From the NCBI GenBank assembly GCA_010909165.1, contig MU008173.1, positions 62,001 to 126,000 on the forward strand: a stretch of 64,000 bases of DNA, read 5' to 3'. Below the pieces are notes generated by a model. The model was not told the DNA's origin, made no database searches, and saw only the letters and a list, made by a program, of their open reading frames with translations. The stretch is from Anthoceros angustus. Taxonomy: Eukaryota > Plantae > Anthocerotophyta. Of the stretch, positions 37,519 through 51,799 are shown piece by piece. The position numbers and the translations under genes are program-made. How positions within the stretch are numbered: the first letter of the stretch is position 1; the number at the start of each line of letters is the position of its first letter.

Positions 37519-40500
37519 TCCCACATCTCGTGTCTGTGCTCAATTTGAGCGCTGGAAGCCATCCTGTTGTCCTGACCATCTCGCCGCGGCTTGCTGGCCT
37601 CCTTCACAGTCTTATCGTTCCTTCTACCACTTTTGCTCATGTTCAAGGGAATAGTTGCAATTCGCGAAAAATCCCCTTGCTTCCACAGCGGTCGATAGAA
37701 GGCTTCTTCATACAGTGGATCAACTCCCATGGCAGGGCCATGTGTAGCATCCGCTCCTAACACATCGTGGGGCGTGGCACGGTCACCAAACACGAACCTC
37801 CATTGTGGTCGCATCCTCATGCTGGCTTCAACTCGATCTTGATCGGTTTCCTGGTCATCCCATCACCATTTCCTTCGTTCCTGCGGAAGTAGTGATGCTT
37901 ACATCGCTTGGTACCAGCTTGCTGCCATATAGCTTGAGAGCAGCCTGTACGCGAGCTCCCAACAATACTGGATCTGCTCCAGTGTCCACCAGCACATTGA
38001 CTGGTGCAAATCCGTCAAAGGTAATTTCCCGGTTTCTGTTGTCAATCATGGCAACACCTCCTTTACCCGACGTTCAGGCTTTAGATGGTCTCCTCGCAGG
38101 CACATCAAGCTACGAACTGGACTTCTCGGTTCTATCTCTTTCCTGATCCATTCCCTCATGATCTTCTTGAAATGTGAACTCTTGAGTCAAGTTCCGAAAT
38201 TGACCACGAACCTCCATGGCCTTCTCCAACAGTGCTTCTACATCCACCTCCGGGTTAGAAGCCACCTGCATAATAGTACCATCATCCACTTGCCTAAAAC
38301 TTTCAGGCATTTTGCTTTGCTCTCGTTCAGACGTGTCCTTGGCAGTAACCCCTTCTCCGAGGTCAAGTGCGGCCTTCTTCTTCTTCTTGCGAATCGCCGC
38401 CATGCCATACACTTCTTCATCCGAGTCAGAGAAGAGAATGCGTGACTCTGACCTGCTGGCCATGTTAGCCATCTGCTTCTGCATCTCTTCAACTTGCGCA
38501 AGAAGAGCCTTGCGACTAGGGCCTTTGCCCTTCTCCTTTTCACTGCCCATTACCTTGGGCTTGAGCTCTGGATGAGCCTCCCAACATGCGGCCTCTATGT
38601 GGCCCCATCGACCACAAGCCTTGCAAACCTCCTTGCCCTTCGGGCCTCCAAGTCTGAAGTCACATTCGAATGACTTATGTGCACCACGGCACCTACCACA
38701 TTTGATGGCCGACTGCGTTGTTATTTGGTCTCTCCTTGGCGGTGATTGTTTGGGGGAGGGGTGACCAAATCGCTTCTTGTTATCTTTGGAATCTGGATCC
38801 TCCTTGTCGAGCCGTAAAGTCTTGCCGATCAAATTGTGATCCTCCGGTATGCTTGGTGACATCCCCTTTAGCACCTTCTCGCAATCTTGTAGGCGTCGGT
38901 CAAACCATACTTTTCTCCATGAGCACCATGAAGAGCATCCATTACCTTCCTTCTGTCTGGCATCGCAGCCATGAAAATTTCAGCAGCCTCGCATGGTCTT
39001 CACATCCGTGTCCTCCACCAAGATCTTGATCGATGTATGGCCCTCGGTCTCATTGGACTTGAAGCTAAAGCAGTCGACTCCACAGATCTTCTCCAAGGGC
39101 GATGTTGGAAACATGTCCTTCAATCTTTCAAACATGAGATCAACCAAATGCTCTAGCTCGTCTTCCTTGGAGCGGAGTGAGTGGCTTGCCGCAACTCCTG
39201 CAAGTTCTGCATTGTTCTCTGATGCCAAGATGTCCTTCTTCGTCTCAGTACATCAACGCCTCACGCGGATATTCGACATCTTCATGAGTGCCATTCTCGG
39301 GTGAAGATCCTTGTACTTCATCTTGTTTTACGCCATTCCCAGTGAACTTCTCCTCAAAATCCGCCGATGCCAAGATGTCCTTCTTCGTCTCTAGTACATC
39401 AACGCCTCACGCGGATATTCGACATCTTCATGAGTGCCATTCTGGGTGAACCCGATCCTTGTACTTCATCTTGTTTTACGCCATTCCCAGTGAACTTCTC
39501 CTCAAAATCCATGATGACATGCTCCCATGTTTTCCGGTGAAAACATCATTCTTCTTGGCGTACTCTCCAGTTCCATTTGAATCGGCTCTTCGCTCCAGTC
39601 TCAAAGCGAGATCTCGTGATGGGCGTGTTGTCTCTGTCTTGGTCGGGCGTCCTTTTGAAAGGTGATCCGTGGATCTTTTGTCCCTTTCTAGGATGGCGGG
39701 CGGTGTCCCTCGTTACTCGGCTGACCTCAAAAATACCATCGATCAATCCGCCTATGCTTGACAATCGAGGAATGTTGTCAAGCGGCAATCCTCAGCGCCC
39801 AACTAGCTAAGAAAAGCAGTGTCTACGGTTCTATCCGAGGCGTTCCCACATCTCGGTCGTGCTCAATTTGAGCCTTTGGAAGCCATCTCGTCCCGACCAT
39901 CTCGCCGCGCTTGCTGGCCTCCTTCATCTTATCGTTCCTTCTACCACTTTTGCTCATGTTCAAGGAATAGTTGCACGCGAAAATCCCTTGCTTCCACAGT
40001 CGATAGAAGGCTTCTTCATATTGGATCAACTCCCATGGGGCCATGTGTAGCATCCGCTCCTAACACATCAGGACGTGGCACAGTCACCAAACACGAACCT
40101 CCATTGTGGTCGCATCCTCAGGCTCGGCTTCAACTCGATCTTGATCGGTTTCGGTCATCCCATCACCATTTCCTTCTGCTCAAGTAGTGATGCTTACATC
40201 GCTTGGTACCAGCTTGCGCCATATAGCTTGAGAGCACTGCACCCGAGCTCCCAACAATCTTGGATGCTCCGGTGTCCACCAAAGACATTGGTGCAAATCA
40301 AAGGTAATTTCCGGTTTGTCAATCATGGCAACACCTCCTTTACCCGACGTTCGGGCTTTAGATGGTCTCCTCGCGGGCACATCAAGCTCTGATGGACTTC
40401 TCGGTTCTATCTCTTTCCCGATCCATTCCTCATGATCTTCTTGAAATGTGAACTCTTGAGTCCAAGTTCCGAAATTGACCAGGAACCTCCATGGCCTTCT

Positions 40501-42105
40501 CCAAGGCTTCTACATCCACCTCGGGTTAGAAGCCACCTGTAGTACCATCATCCACTTGCCTAAAACTTTCGGGCATTTTGCTTTGCTCGCTCGACGTGTC
40601 CTTGGCGTAACCCCTTCTCCGAGGTCAAGTGCGGTCTTCTTCTTCTTGCGAATCGCCGCCATGCCATACACTTCTTCATCCGAGTCGAGAAAGAATGCGT
40701 GACTCGACCGGCCATGTTAGCCATCTCGCATCTCTTCAACTTGCGCAAGAAGAGCCTTGCGACTAGGGCCTTTGCCCTTCTCCTTTTCACGCCCATTACC
40801 TTGGGCTTGAGCTCTGGATGAGCCTCCCAACATGCGGCTTCTATGTGGCCCCATCGACCACAAGCCTTGCAAACCTCCTTGCCCTTGGGCCTCCAGTCTG
40901 AAGTCACATTCAAATGACTTGTGTGCACCACGGCACCTACCACATTTGATGGCCGACTGCGTTGTTATTTGGTCTCTCCTTCAATGGTGAGCTTGGTGAT
41001 TGTTTGGGTGACCAAATCGCTCATTGCCGACCCTTATGCGGAATCTGGATCCTCCTTGTCGAGCCGAAGTGCGCTCGATCAAATTGTGATCCTCCGGTAT
41101 GCTTGGTGACATCCCCTTTAGCACCTTCTCCGCAATCTTGTAGGCGTACCAAACCATACTTTTCTCCATGAGCACCATGAAGAGCATCCATTACCTACCT
41201 TCATTGCATGGCATTGCAGCCATGAAAATCTCAGCAGCCTCCCGCATAGTCTTCACATCTGTATCCTCCACCAAGATCTTGATCGATGTATGGCGCCCTC
41301 GGCGTCTCATTGGACTTGAAGCTAAAGCAGTCGACTCTGAATCTTCTCCAAGGACGATGTGGGAAACATATGCTTCAGTCTTTCAAACATGAGATCAACC
41401 AAATGCTCTAGCTCGTCTTCCTTGGAGCGGAGTGAGTGGCTTGCCGCAACTCCTGCAAGTTCTGCTTCGTTTCTCCGCCGATGCCAAGATGTCCTTCTTC
41501 GTCTCAGTACATCAACGCCTCACGCGGATATTCGACATCTTCATGAGTGCCATTCTCGGGTGAAGATCCTTGTACTTCATCTTGTTTTACGCCATTCCCA
41601 GTGAACTTCTCCTCAAAATCCGCCGATGCCAAGATGTCCTTCTTCGTCTCTAGTACATCAACGCCTCACGCGGATATTCGACATCTTCATGAGTGCCATT
41701 CTGGGTGAACCCGATCCTTGTACTTCATCTTGTTTTACGCCATTCCCAGTGAACTTCTCCTCAAAATCCATGATGACATGCTCCCATGTTTTCCGGTGAA
41801 AACATCATTCTTCTTGGCGTACTCTCCAGTTCCATTTGAATCGGCTCTTCGCTCCAGTCTCAAAGCGAGATCTCGTGATGGGCGTGTTGTCTCTGTCTTG
41901 GTCAGGCGTCCTTTTGAAAGGTGATCCGTGGATCTTTTGTCCCTTTCTAGGATGGCGGGCGGTGTCCCTCGTTACTCGGCTGACCTCAAAAATACCATCG
42001 ATCAATCCGCCTATGCTTGACAATCGAGGAATGTTGTCAAGCGGCAATCCTCAGCGCCCAACTAGCTAAGAAAAGCAGTGTCTACAGTTTCTATCCAGAG
42101 ACGTT
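37519..42105. repeat. ~2.3-kb tandem duplication of gag-protease with CCCACAT microhomology; each copy also has an internal ~140-bp duplication
   Basis: 37520-39843 matches 39845-42104; the internal duplication is at 39221-39510 and 41481-41770. Confidence 0.9.
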
Positions 42106-43111
42106 CCCCCACATATGCAGGACTCTGTCTGGTGAGCCTAGCCAACTCTACGGTGATTCGGACTACAAGTGCGTGAAATCGATGGTAGAATTCCTATCCA
42201 TCAGAAGTCATTCAGCTTATCTGGTGGAGCCTCGTTCTTGGCGCTCCATGGTAGTCGCTCCACAGGCTGGAAGATGATCGATTTCCGCCTCCTCCGGTCT
42301 CCAGTGCGCCACAATGTCCTCCAATGCAGCCGTCTCGGTTCTCCAAGCAACGGAAGGATTGTAGATGTGGTGAGATCAAGTTGGTTGCACAGGCTCCCAC
42401 TTGATAGTCTGCGGTTCCCAAAAGTCACAAGAGAAATGAGACAAAATGTAGGGACGTATGGCTGCCTTTCCATTCGAGACAAACATCTACAATCCAAGAA
42501 TCCATGGTGGCCACATATATAGGCAAAACCCCGAGTTCTCGATGAAGTGCCTCCTCGTTCTCGATGGTAGGCACTTTAGGTATATTATAATCCTACTTTC
42601 CTTGGCCTTGAATAAATAATAATGTTTATGAGTTCAACCATCTATTCGCCCTTTTCCTTGATTTCTGATTTTTATGTGTTTTCAATATAGTTAGATGCCT
42701 ATATATGCGTCATGCCACCGCCTTACATACATAACCATGTATATAGATTGCATGTGTCATGACACATCGTCCGTTAACATGTCCACATACATCACATGTC
42801 ATCCATCGTCATGCATACATACCATGTGCATGCCATCCATAGGCGATGCACATGCCATCACATGCACGCATCCAAATCAAGTGGCTTATGCCAAATGGGA
42901 TGCCAATCGATCGTGTAATGGTTTCATCAGTCTTGCTACATCGATTCACGACATGACGCATGACATTCCCGGCATTTTCCTCTTTAGAATGCAATTTACG
43001 CCTCTACACTTTTGTCAAAAGGCTGGCTCTGCCAGAAGGCATCTTAGCTTTCTTATCCTTTGAAGCGCCTCGGTGGTTACAATCGCTATAGCTCGAAGCG
43101 CTCTGCCTTGT

Positions 43112-43760
43112 TTAAGGCCACATGCTGCGTACACATTGAGAGAACCTTTGCCTGATCAAAGACGTGTTAGTGACGGTGGGAAATTCTGAGGTAATGATAT
43201 GTATTAACTTGCATCTTCTCTCCAGACTGTGAGCACTCCATGCCCTGTGGACATCCAACCTTGCTGCCGCCAATCTTCGTATCCGAGCACATGCTTTTTT
43301 CCAAGTTTCGTAATCAGCGCCACCAAAGGCAATATCGCGATCATTGTTTTCTAATTCTTCCATCTCCTCCACTTCGATGGTTTGTTCTGGATTCCTCCTC
43401 GATCCCCTCATTGCAGAAAGGACAGCGCATACGATCTACCACATAGTCTAAGATCGTGTTAGGATGGATTGCCGCTAATGTGTTTTGCACCTCGCTTCCA
43501 ACATGACGGATCGGTGGCCGGTCGGACAAAATGCTGTTGCTGAAACTTGCCTCCAGCTTCTTTGAAACCAGCTTTCCACCTCTCCTCCATATCGTCCTTG
43601 TTCTGCTCCAAACCTTGTTCGCACATGGAGCTCCTCCAACATGCCTTCCTCATGCGCTCCCTGGCTGGAAGCTTGGCACTCGCTTGACTGACATCATCCA
43701 CAAGCCAATACCCTGATCCATCATCTATTGCCAAATTTGTTGGCGCCGGCGCCATCGCCC
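43112..43760 (-). other. Cargo ORF fragments of unknown function
   Basis: ORFs 43459-43956, 43341-43529 (CPFC) and 43112-43411. Confidence 0.3.
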
Positions 43761-45749
43761 TTTGGAGAGCGAGCAAGCAAGCGAGTGAGTGACAAAACAT
43801 GCAGTGACGAAGCATGCAGGTCAAATTGGTGCGGGAATCATGAAAATTCAAGAGCAATGGGAAATGATGATGACGATTTTCACTTGACAACGACGTGAGA
43901 TGAGACGTGGGACGCGTGGGACAAAGGCAACGCGACTTGGCAGTTGTTATCATCAATCACAAAATGGTGAGGTCTTGGCCATCACATCAAACACCTATGC
44001 CACATACTCCATTTCTCCAATAACCACGCAAGAGGCGTGCACCACTTAGAGGCCCTAGCGGGTTTTGAACATCAAGAAGGAGTGCCATCGCAAGAGGAAG
44101 CTGGAGGATTCTCTGGAGGAACAAAGTGGAGTCTTGTCCATAAAATTTGCAGTGCTAGCGATTTCGTGAAGGATCACTATAGACACGACCACTATCTCAC
44201 ATGGTTGCGATCCAACAAGTGCCGGCAAGTGCCCAACAACGTGCTCAATGCTTCCTACAAAATCGCTACCTTGCAATCTTCGCTTGGGTATACCCGGTGG
44301 GCACTCTGCGATCGGATAGCATGAAGCAGTGCAGTCCGGCCCGAGCCTCCCCGGGTGGGTTAAAGTTCCGTCGCTGCCACGGAGGTGTGGTATCTAGGAT
44401 ACGGTCCGCTCGAGCCTCTAGCCTTCCTCGGTGGGTTGAAGTTCCCGCCACCCCAAGCACGTCATTTAAAACAACATGAGGCTTGCAATCGATGCAAGTT
44501 TGCGAGAGGTCGATGAAAGCGGATAGCGTGATCGCAAGTTGCTATGCTCTCCCGCCTGCTCCTTTCTTGCTTTTCTTGGTTGCGGAGATTAATCGGGTTG
44601 GTATCATCCCCCGCGATGAACAACATATAAGCGATCGATCGGCGTCGATGCTCGTGTGGTGTTTTGTTCAGTCTCGATGTGTTTCGCAGACGTCGCAACC
44701 TTGCAGCGCCAGCCCTAGGCTCTGGGCCGTCGTCTCCGATCGCGGCTCCATCGGCTCGATTCACCGGCCGCCGATTGGCGTGATCACACTTGTACTTTAA
44801 GTACCAACTACTTATATCTCGCTTCTTCTACTGTGTATACATTAGCAAGGTCTGTAATGTACCTCCCCACATCGCGTTGCTAAGCGGTAACTCTACTGCT
44901 CCTCACCGATGCGGTCCACCAACTAAGAGCTTGCTGCGGTGCATTTTCATCTTGAAAACGCCGCGGGGATCAAAACATGGCTGCATTCAAAGAGCGGTGT
45001 ACTGCTGCTGCCGTCTGAAGGAGTTTAGTCCATCCGCAAGGCACTTGGATATGTAGGCTTTCACCACTCACTCAATGCTAGCGCATGGGCGATACCCTCC
45101 GGGATGTATGTACATGTCACCACATCAAGTCTACACGATTCACGATTGTCTGTGCAAGGTCGATCGAGCTAACCATTTCGATCCAAGTTTCCACCAAGTC
45201 GCAAGAGGAGAGCTCGAGTCCGCAGTTTGCTATATATGCCGCCGCTCTCGCTTTCTTGCTTGCGCAAAGAAAACCTCCGCCTTGCCCCAAAAGCTTGCCC
45301 GAATATCGTGGGTCCACATATAGGGAGGTGGGGTGGTGAGCGCAATGGCAAGGACCATGCCCAATGACGACATTACTTGGACAAGGAATGTTCGTCGCAA
45401 GCACCCGACCATGGAGCTGCGATAGAATCGAGCCGAGTTCGTCGTTGCTCGTAATCGAGATATCCTGCGGATGCCTTGCCCTTGCCCCATCCGTCAAAAC
45501 CAAGGGTGGGCGAGAGGTGATCATTCGACATTGCATGCGCTTTTAAGGGAACATGAAGTGATGGTGAGGGGAAGTGATGGTGAGGGAAGAGGAATTGTGT
45601 CCAGTGTAGAAGGTGGGGAAGAGTAATTGCTGGTGTAGAAGGTGAGGGAAGAGTGATGCAGTGTAGAAGGTGGCTTTCACCACCGCAGCGATGCACCGGT
45701 ATGAAGGGGCTCCAATTCGATGAAGTGACAATACATCGAAGACGAGTTC

Positions 45750-48470
45750 CTCACTTCTCCTCTCACATCGGATGGCGATGACGGAGGATGGCGAGGATCA
45801 TTTCAAGAACTAGCGAGATAGCATTCGCCACGAAGCCTATCTAGAGTCCATGAATGTTGGTGAGGATGATGAGGATCCTTGGCGCAACAAAATAAGAGTA
45901 GCCGCAGACTAAGTTGTGTGAGGGTTCAAGAGAACTGTTTGACTACAACGTTGCACTTGTTGTATATGCAAATGCAATTCAAGGTATCGACGTCTTTATG
46001 AATGCTTTATTTGGATTCTTGGCAACTAGAGCCCTTCCAAGCCCAATAATATGCCAAAAGCGAGGGATGCAGAAGCTGCTACATGTTGGCCAAGACTATG
46101 AGAAAATTGACGTCTGTATTGGAGGCTGCTTTTAGAGGACCTATGGACGGAAGCGTAAAACTTGCGGGAAGTGTGGTGAGTACCGATATGAGAAAGGAAC
46201 AGTGGTGCACGACACGTGGCACGTGGCGTATGTGGTACTTCCGGTGATCCCTAGGTTGCAACGATTATTTAGGTGTCGATCTTGCGTTGAGATGTCTTCA
46301 CATGTTACCAACGAGTACAACAGGAGAATGGCCATATTTTGACTCACGCATGGGCTCGTTGATGCTCGATGGTTTTGGTGACGATCCAAGAAATATTCAC
46401 TTCACACTTGCAACAGACGGTATCTGCCCGTTTGGAATGCGGACCTCTACTCGATCAACTTGGCCAGTTTTGCTCATCAACCAAAATTTTCCTCCTTGGA
46501 TTGCATTCAAGAAACAATATATCATGATGCCAGTATTGATACCAGGGCCTCACAAAGTTGCAAATGCAGATATCTTTCTGGAGCCTATGTATGAAGAGCT
46601 TCGAGAACTTTGGACAGGAGTATTTGTTGTGGATGCATCCCGGGATGTATCGACCCAAGCCGTAATTTCAAGCTGCGTCGCAATTGTGAACACTATCACA
46701 GTTTTATGGGGCTGGAGTTTCTTCTCGGACTACAGTGTGGATATAGAGCTTGTCCAACTTGTTGGTCTCGCATTGATCATCGCAGTCAATGCGTTGCAAA
46801 GAGTATCTATCGGCGGCAGGAAGTTGCTACCATTGCCACATCCGCATAGGTGCATGATGTAGAGGCTTTCATGGTCAGCGAGTTGGGTGAAGTGGGAGAG
46901 AGGCAACTCACCAAGACATCATACAAGAAGTGGCGAATTGGAAGCCGGGGATTGAACTACGGGATCGAAAATGGGGGTAAAACGTAGTTTTGTTGGGTAT
47001 GACATCTTACCTTACGGAGCACTTGGAGAACCCATTTGGTGGGAAGGACGGGATGCATATCATCAAGAATGTGGCGAAGACTTATGGTATACTTTGGTTG
47101 GGCAAAGAGACGACTTGGCAACAAGAGAGGATCTCAGAGAAGGAAACAGCAAGCCGAGCATGTGGCCACAACCAATACCTGGAGACCCAGACCACTATTT
47201 GCTTCCGCAAGCTGCATGGGTTCTCACAAAGGAGAATCTTGAACTCGTTTTGCGGCAGCTGTCGGATATTCGACCTCCGACCGGATTCTGCTCGAATATG
47301 TGCCAGAAGTTCAGGTCAGCAAAGCTTTCAGGATTCAAGTCCCATGATTGGTATGTCCTTATGCTTTATTTCTTATCTATAGCCCTACGTGGCTTCATCG
47401 ATGAGGAGGTGTTCTCGGTTGTTGCCCGGTTGAGCAGCTTATTCAGGTGGTTGACCCAGAAAGAGGTTCTTGTATGTGAAGTGCAGCACATGAAATTAGA
47501 GGCCGTAGAAGTCATGGTGGAAATGGAACGACTTTTTCCAACCAGGTTGTTTGATATACAAATGCACATGATTGTGCATCTTGTTGGAGAGGTGGAAACA
47601 CACGGGCCCATGCATAGTCGTTGGATGTTCCCTATAGAGCGTTATTTGAAAGTGCTTAAAGATCTTTGTCGACAGAAGGCCAGACCAAAGGGCAGCATCG
47701 CTGCTGGATACCTAGCTATGGAGGCCATGTTATATGCCAAGTCCTTTTTGAGGGAAATGTACCCTAGAGCTAATCACTTGCGGTCAATTGCAGATGAAGA
47801 TCACGACATCATGTTCAAGTTCCTATTGGGAAAGGGAAGCCTATAATCTTACAGAAGATGAACATAGGCGCATGCACAAGTACATCTTGATGAATATGAA
47901 AGCCATGGCTCCATACTTGGCTATCCATGTAGGCGAGGTGGAAAATGGTTTAACTCGGGAAAAGGATTTTAGACAATGGTTACGTCGGTCCATCGGCCGA
48001 TGGCGACATGACACCCCAACGGGATATAGCAGCCCTCCAGGCGAGGAGTATCGTGGACTCAAGGCTTATGGCTACCACTATCGTACAGAGGTTGCAGACA
48101 AGCATAGAAAAGTCACACAGGATAGTGGTGTTACGGGGGTTTGGATTGTCGGAGATGATGAGCAAGCACGGCCATTTTATGGTAACATCCAACAAATCAT
48201 CAGCATGAAATGTGGGGAGGAGGATCATTTCATATTTAGGGTGAATTGGTATGAGTGTAAGCCAAGTGGGAGGACTCCATCCCTCAAAGAGGACTTGAGT
48301 GGATTCTCTTTAGTAAACCGCAAGTTGCTCTACAAAGCAGAGATGAGTCGTGGCCCTTTGCATTCCCCGAACATGTCACGCAGTGTTTTTCCATGATTCG
48401 CCATTCTCAACGCAGAAGGTTGGAGTCTAGTTGTGGAATGCCCATCCGGTATACAGAATCCCTAAGCAAA
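45750..48470 (+). pseudogene. CACTA/EnSpm TnpD-like transposase (Transposase_21 + DUF4218 + DUF4216), frameshifted
   Basis: DPRNIHFTLATDGICPF..STWPVLLINQNFPPW; GFKSHDWY; FDIQMHMIVHLVGEV..GPMHSRWMFPIERYLKVLK; QDSGV..FYGNIQQII..FRVNWY. Confidence 0.9.
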
Positions 48471-48829
48471 TAAGAGTAGAGTACACAATGTAGAGGACTG
48501 GAAATCGTGGTTACTTAGGCAGCAACACGACACACTAGAAAGCCGAGCCATCATAGTGTAGAGTCCAGACGATGCACTGTCCTTTTCCTTGAGTTGCCTA
48601 TAGGCCTGGCAGGTTTAGCGGGAGGTAGATGTGTCGATCGGCATGCGAACGAAGATGACACTTAATTTGTTGTTTTCAAACTCATCTATATGTAAAAACA
48701 ACGCCAGGTAAAGCATAATGCATTGTTCTAGCGGTTTGTCTTTGAGTTTCGGGTTGGAGAGACCCGGTTTCAAACCCAGTAACTTCAAACCACCCTTTTG
48801 AGGGTCCTCACCACACTCGGATATGCGAG

Positions 48830-49150
48830 ACCCGTCAGGTCCGGACGGGGATGCGACTTGACGGAGCTGTTCCAGCTAGGGCTAAACGGAACCGTTAGGA
48901 TCGTACGGAGCCGTCAGGGATGAACGGAACCGTTAGGATCGGACGGAGCTGTTCCCGCTAGGGCTGAATGGAACCGTTAGGATCGGACGGAGCCGTCAGG
49001 GCTAAACGGAACGGTTAGGATCGGACGGAGCCGTTGGGACAGGACAGGCTCCTTAGGACCGAACTTGACGGAGCTGTTACTGGGCTGAACGGAACCGTTA
49101 GGATCGGAGCCGTTGGGACGGAAAGGCTCCTTAGGATCGAATGGGACGGG
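48830..49150. repeat. Array of ~38-40-bp degenerate repeats downstream of TnpD
   Basis: ggaaccgttaggatcggacggagc(c/t)gt recurs about 6 times. Confidence 0.85.
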
Positions 49151-49282
49151 ATGGGCTTCTCAACTCTTAACGAGATGGGATGTGCACATTAGGTGGGGGC
49201 AGGGCCGTTGGATTGGACGGCTGCTAAGTTCGACAAGTTATAGCGGACGGGACCCGTTGGGTCCGAATGAAAAGTTAAGTGT

Positions 49283-49480
49283 ACTCCACTTTACTAAATA
49301 TCAGATTAATTATATACTATATTTATTAAATATAAAATTAATCATTGAGAATTAAAATTATTTGTTAAGAAGTAAAATTACTCCACTGTTTACTAAATAT
49401 CAGATTAATTATATACTATATTTATTAAATATAAAATTAATCATTGAGAATTAAAATTATTTGTTAAGAAGTAAAATTAC
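49283..49480. repeat. AT-rich ~98-bp tandem duplication
   Basis: actccact..ttactaaatatcagattaattatatac...agtaaaatt occurs twice. Confidence 0.9.
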
Positions 49481-51204
49481 TCATTAAGAATTCAAATTAC
49501 CGTTAAGAATTACCTGCACCTAGCTGCACTAAATCCACACCAAACGAGGTATGGCTCGAACCTAAGAAACAACGACTTTTCCAAACGTTATTTTGGAGCG
49601 TTGTTTTGGATCCTCAAATGTAGTAGTGGTAGGAAAAGGCAAGGGTGGAAGAGGACTATAGGATAGCGAAGGAGGGGTTCTGGAGGCGAAGCGAAGGGCG
49701 GGGTTCCCGGAGGCGAACGAAGGGTGCAGCAACTCCAGCCTGACGTCGCAGAGGAAGGAGGGTGAAGGAAGAGCACGAGGACTGTCCGGTCCAGCAATTG
49801 TTTAGAGCTTCCGTGACCTTGCGGTGCCCGTGAGTCCATGCGGCTTACGCGAATGAAGGTTGCTGCAGAGGAGGCCAGTCGCCGTGGGAGCGGGAGCTGG
49901 GTGGAAGTGAAGGAGGAGGCGGTGGCACTTACCTCGTACCTTTTCGCTTGAGAGTTGAGCATGGTTGTCGCCGCATGCACTAACGGGCTGTTCATTGTGG
50001 CGAGGCAGTGATGGGGACACCCTTGGCAAAGCGGAGAACCTTGTTGGAGATAGGAGGCGTGAAGTGGGTTACCTAGGTTTTTTGCAAGCGATGTAGACTA
50101 GAAGCGGGGCGGGAAGGGAAAGGGAGGAGAGGGGGTTGAGGAACGTAGCTTCTCTTCACTGGGTCGAGTTGGGACGGCGATCACATGATTTGTGTATGTC
50201 AAGTTTTAGCGTCGATGTGCAAGCCATGGTGCGCCAAGTGTGAAGCGGAAACGGGGGTTTGAGTTTGGGGAATGCCTGATTCGGGAATGTTTTGTCCGTC
50301 ACCGGACAGCCGGTGGCTATGAGCCAACGGTCAATGTCATATGGCATGGACTGGAGGGGCGGTTACATGTGAACTACACCATATCGGTTTTCCAATACTT
50401 TATTAGCGAGAAATGTATTCATCAGCATATACTTTGTACCTTGGGGATGTATATCTGAATAATATTATTCCATGTATTTTACATGGATAACCCACAAACC
50501 ACTAAAAGAGCCCGCTAGTGATGCATTCTCGTCCAATTGTGTAACATGACGGTCTACACTTTTCCATATGCCAGTTTGTAAAGGTGGCTTTGGTCGTAAT
50601 GTATCCCAAAAAGTGACACTGATTGAAATAAAGCCTAAATAAATGTTCTAGTCTGTACGTCATAAATTTATAAGGATCTCTACTTTTTCTCCCCGAATGC
50701 CTCTTTTGTTTATCCATGAGACATCAAGGTGTGGAAATATTGCCAATAAATTTCAAGTTTTGATGAAGTAGAATGGGTTTGGGTGTACTGTGCGTTGTAT
50801 TTTTAGCAGCCGTTTCCCACAAACCCTCAAAATCAACGTTCCGAGTTTTCTTAAGTGCAAATTTTGATGAAATATTTGGCCCGTCTCCGGAAAGTGGAGT
50901 GTGTCACTAGCCCTAAGGAGACCTTGTTATCGTATGAATCAGTGCGGCTGAATGTATACACAACCCTATGTGTCCGAGCCAACAAGCTTAAGGTACCAAA
51001 AGGCAAGACAAGTGGACACATGCCCAAGTAACCGGATGACCCAAAAACTTGGCAAAGGCCCGTGGCAAAGAACGTGACCAAGTGTACATGACCGAGGAAG
51101 CCACATGCTCATCCAAAAAGAGGTTGCTCAATACGTAAATCATCCTTGGGCATGGACAAAGGGACGGGGGTGACAACTCGGCCACACATGTGCAAAGCGG
51201 GTGA

Positions 51205-51420
51205 AGCGACCATGTGACCACCAAGTCAAGCAACCATGTGACCACCAAGTCAAGCAACCATGTGACCACGGTCAAGCAACCATGTGCCCAGGTCAAGCAA
51301 CCATGTGACCATAAGGAATGGGAACTTGTGGTCACCAGTTGCCCCGTGTCGCCGGCCACAATTGTGGCCAATGAGTCCACCAACCATGTGACCACAAGCA
51401 CTACTTGTGGTCACCATGGG
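51205..51420. repeat. 21-24-bp minisatellite
   Basis: (gt)caagcaaccatgtgaccac(caa) units. Confidence 0.85.
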
Positions 51421-51799
51421 TGACACAATGTGGCAAGAGGCCCTGAGACCAATCTTGTGGTCTCGGGCAGTGGCCATCCAGCGGTGAGCACATGGGAAGA
51501 CCACAATAAGTCAATGGCACAGACATCCACAATGGCACAATATACGGTACATCAGCTGCATAAATAGCAACCACCATGTACATCACCCTTGTGCAAAGAG
51601 ACCATCAATCGGCGTTTGCACCAAGCATGCATTCGTCTTCCTTGAATGCCTCACGGACATGAAAGCAAACATCGAACAACCGAATTCTCATAAAAACACC
51701 GAGCGGAGAAAACAATAACGATCCAGTGCAGGCTGAGACATCACTCAAACATCACCAATAGCGGACACATCACCAATCACCACATCACAAACAACATGT

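Larger units (their letters stand above)
33430..42100 (-). mobile_element. Ty3/gypsy gag-pol: gag(CCHC)-protease-C5 DNA methyltransferase-RT-RNaseH-integrase-PHD; no LTRs recognised
   Basis: CGRCRGAHKSFEC and CKACGRWGHIEAAC (38580-38710); VLVDTGAD (~37990); VRCYIDDILVF (~35625); FQLVTDHQPLHWL (~35035); HETLGHFGVKRT (~34590). Domain order PR-RT-RH-INT is that of gypsy. Confidence 0.9.

Noticed and set aside
48830-49150. CRISPR-like appearance of the repeat array
   Set aside because: Degenerate tandem units with no unique spacers, no cas genes, and a eukaryotic context.
50511-50520. CCCGCTAGTG as a CACTA right terminus
   Set aside because: No matching CACTAGCGG left end or TSD found.
29166-50915. 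Possible nested element with ends cta|GGCCATTGAC ... GTCACTAGCC|cta (8/10 inverted match, 3-bp CTA duplication) enclosing transposase #1, the gypsy and TnpD
   Set aside because: The match is too short to distinguish from chance; it needs multi-copy alignment.
50943-50960. TIR-like motif gcggctgaatgtataca
   Set aside because: Only a partial match, without the terminal AACAGCATAAT; cannot be called an element end.
51205-51420. CRISPR-like appearance of the minisatellite
   Set aside because: Head-to-tail repeats without spacers.
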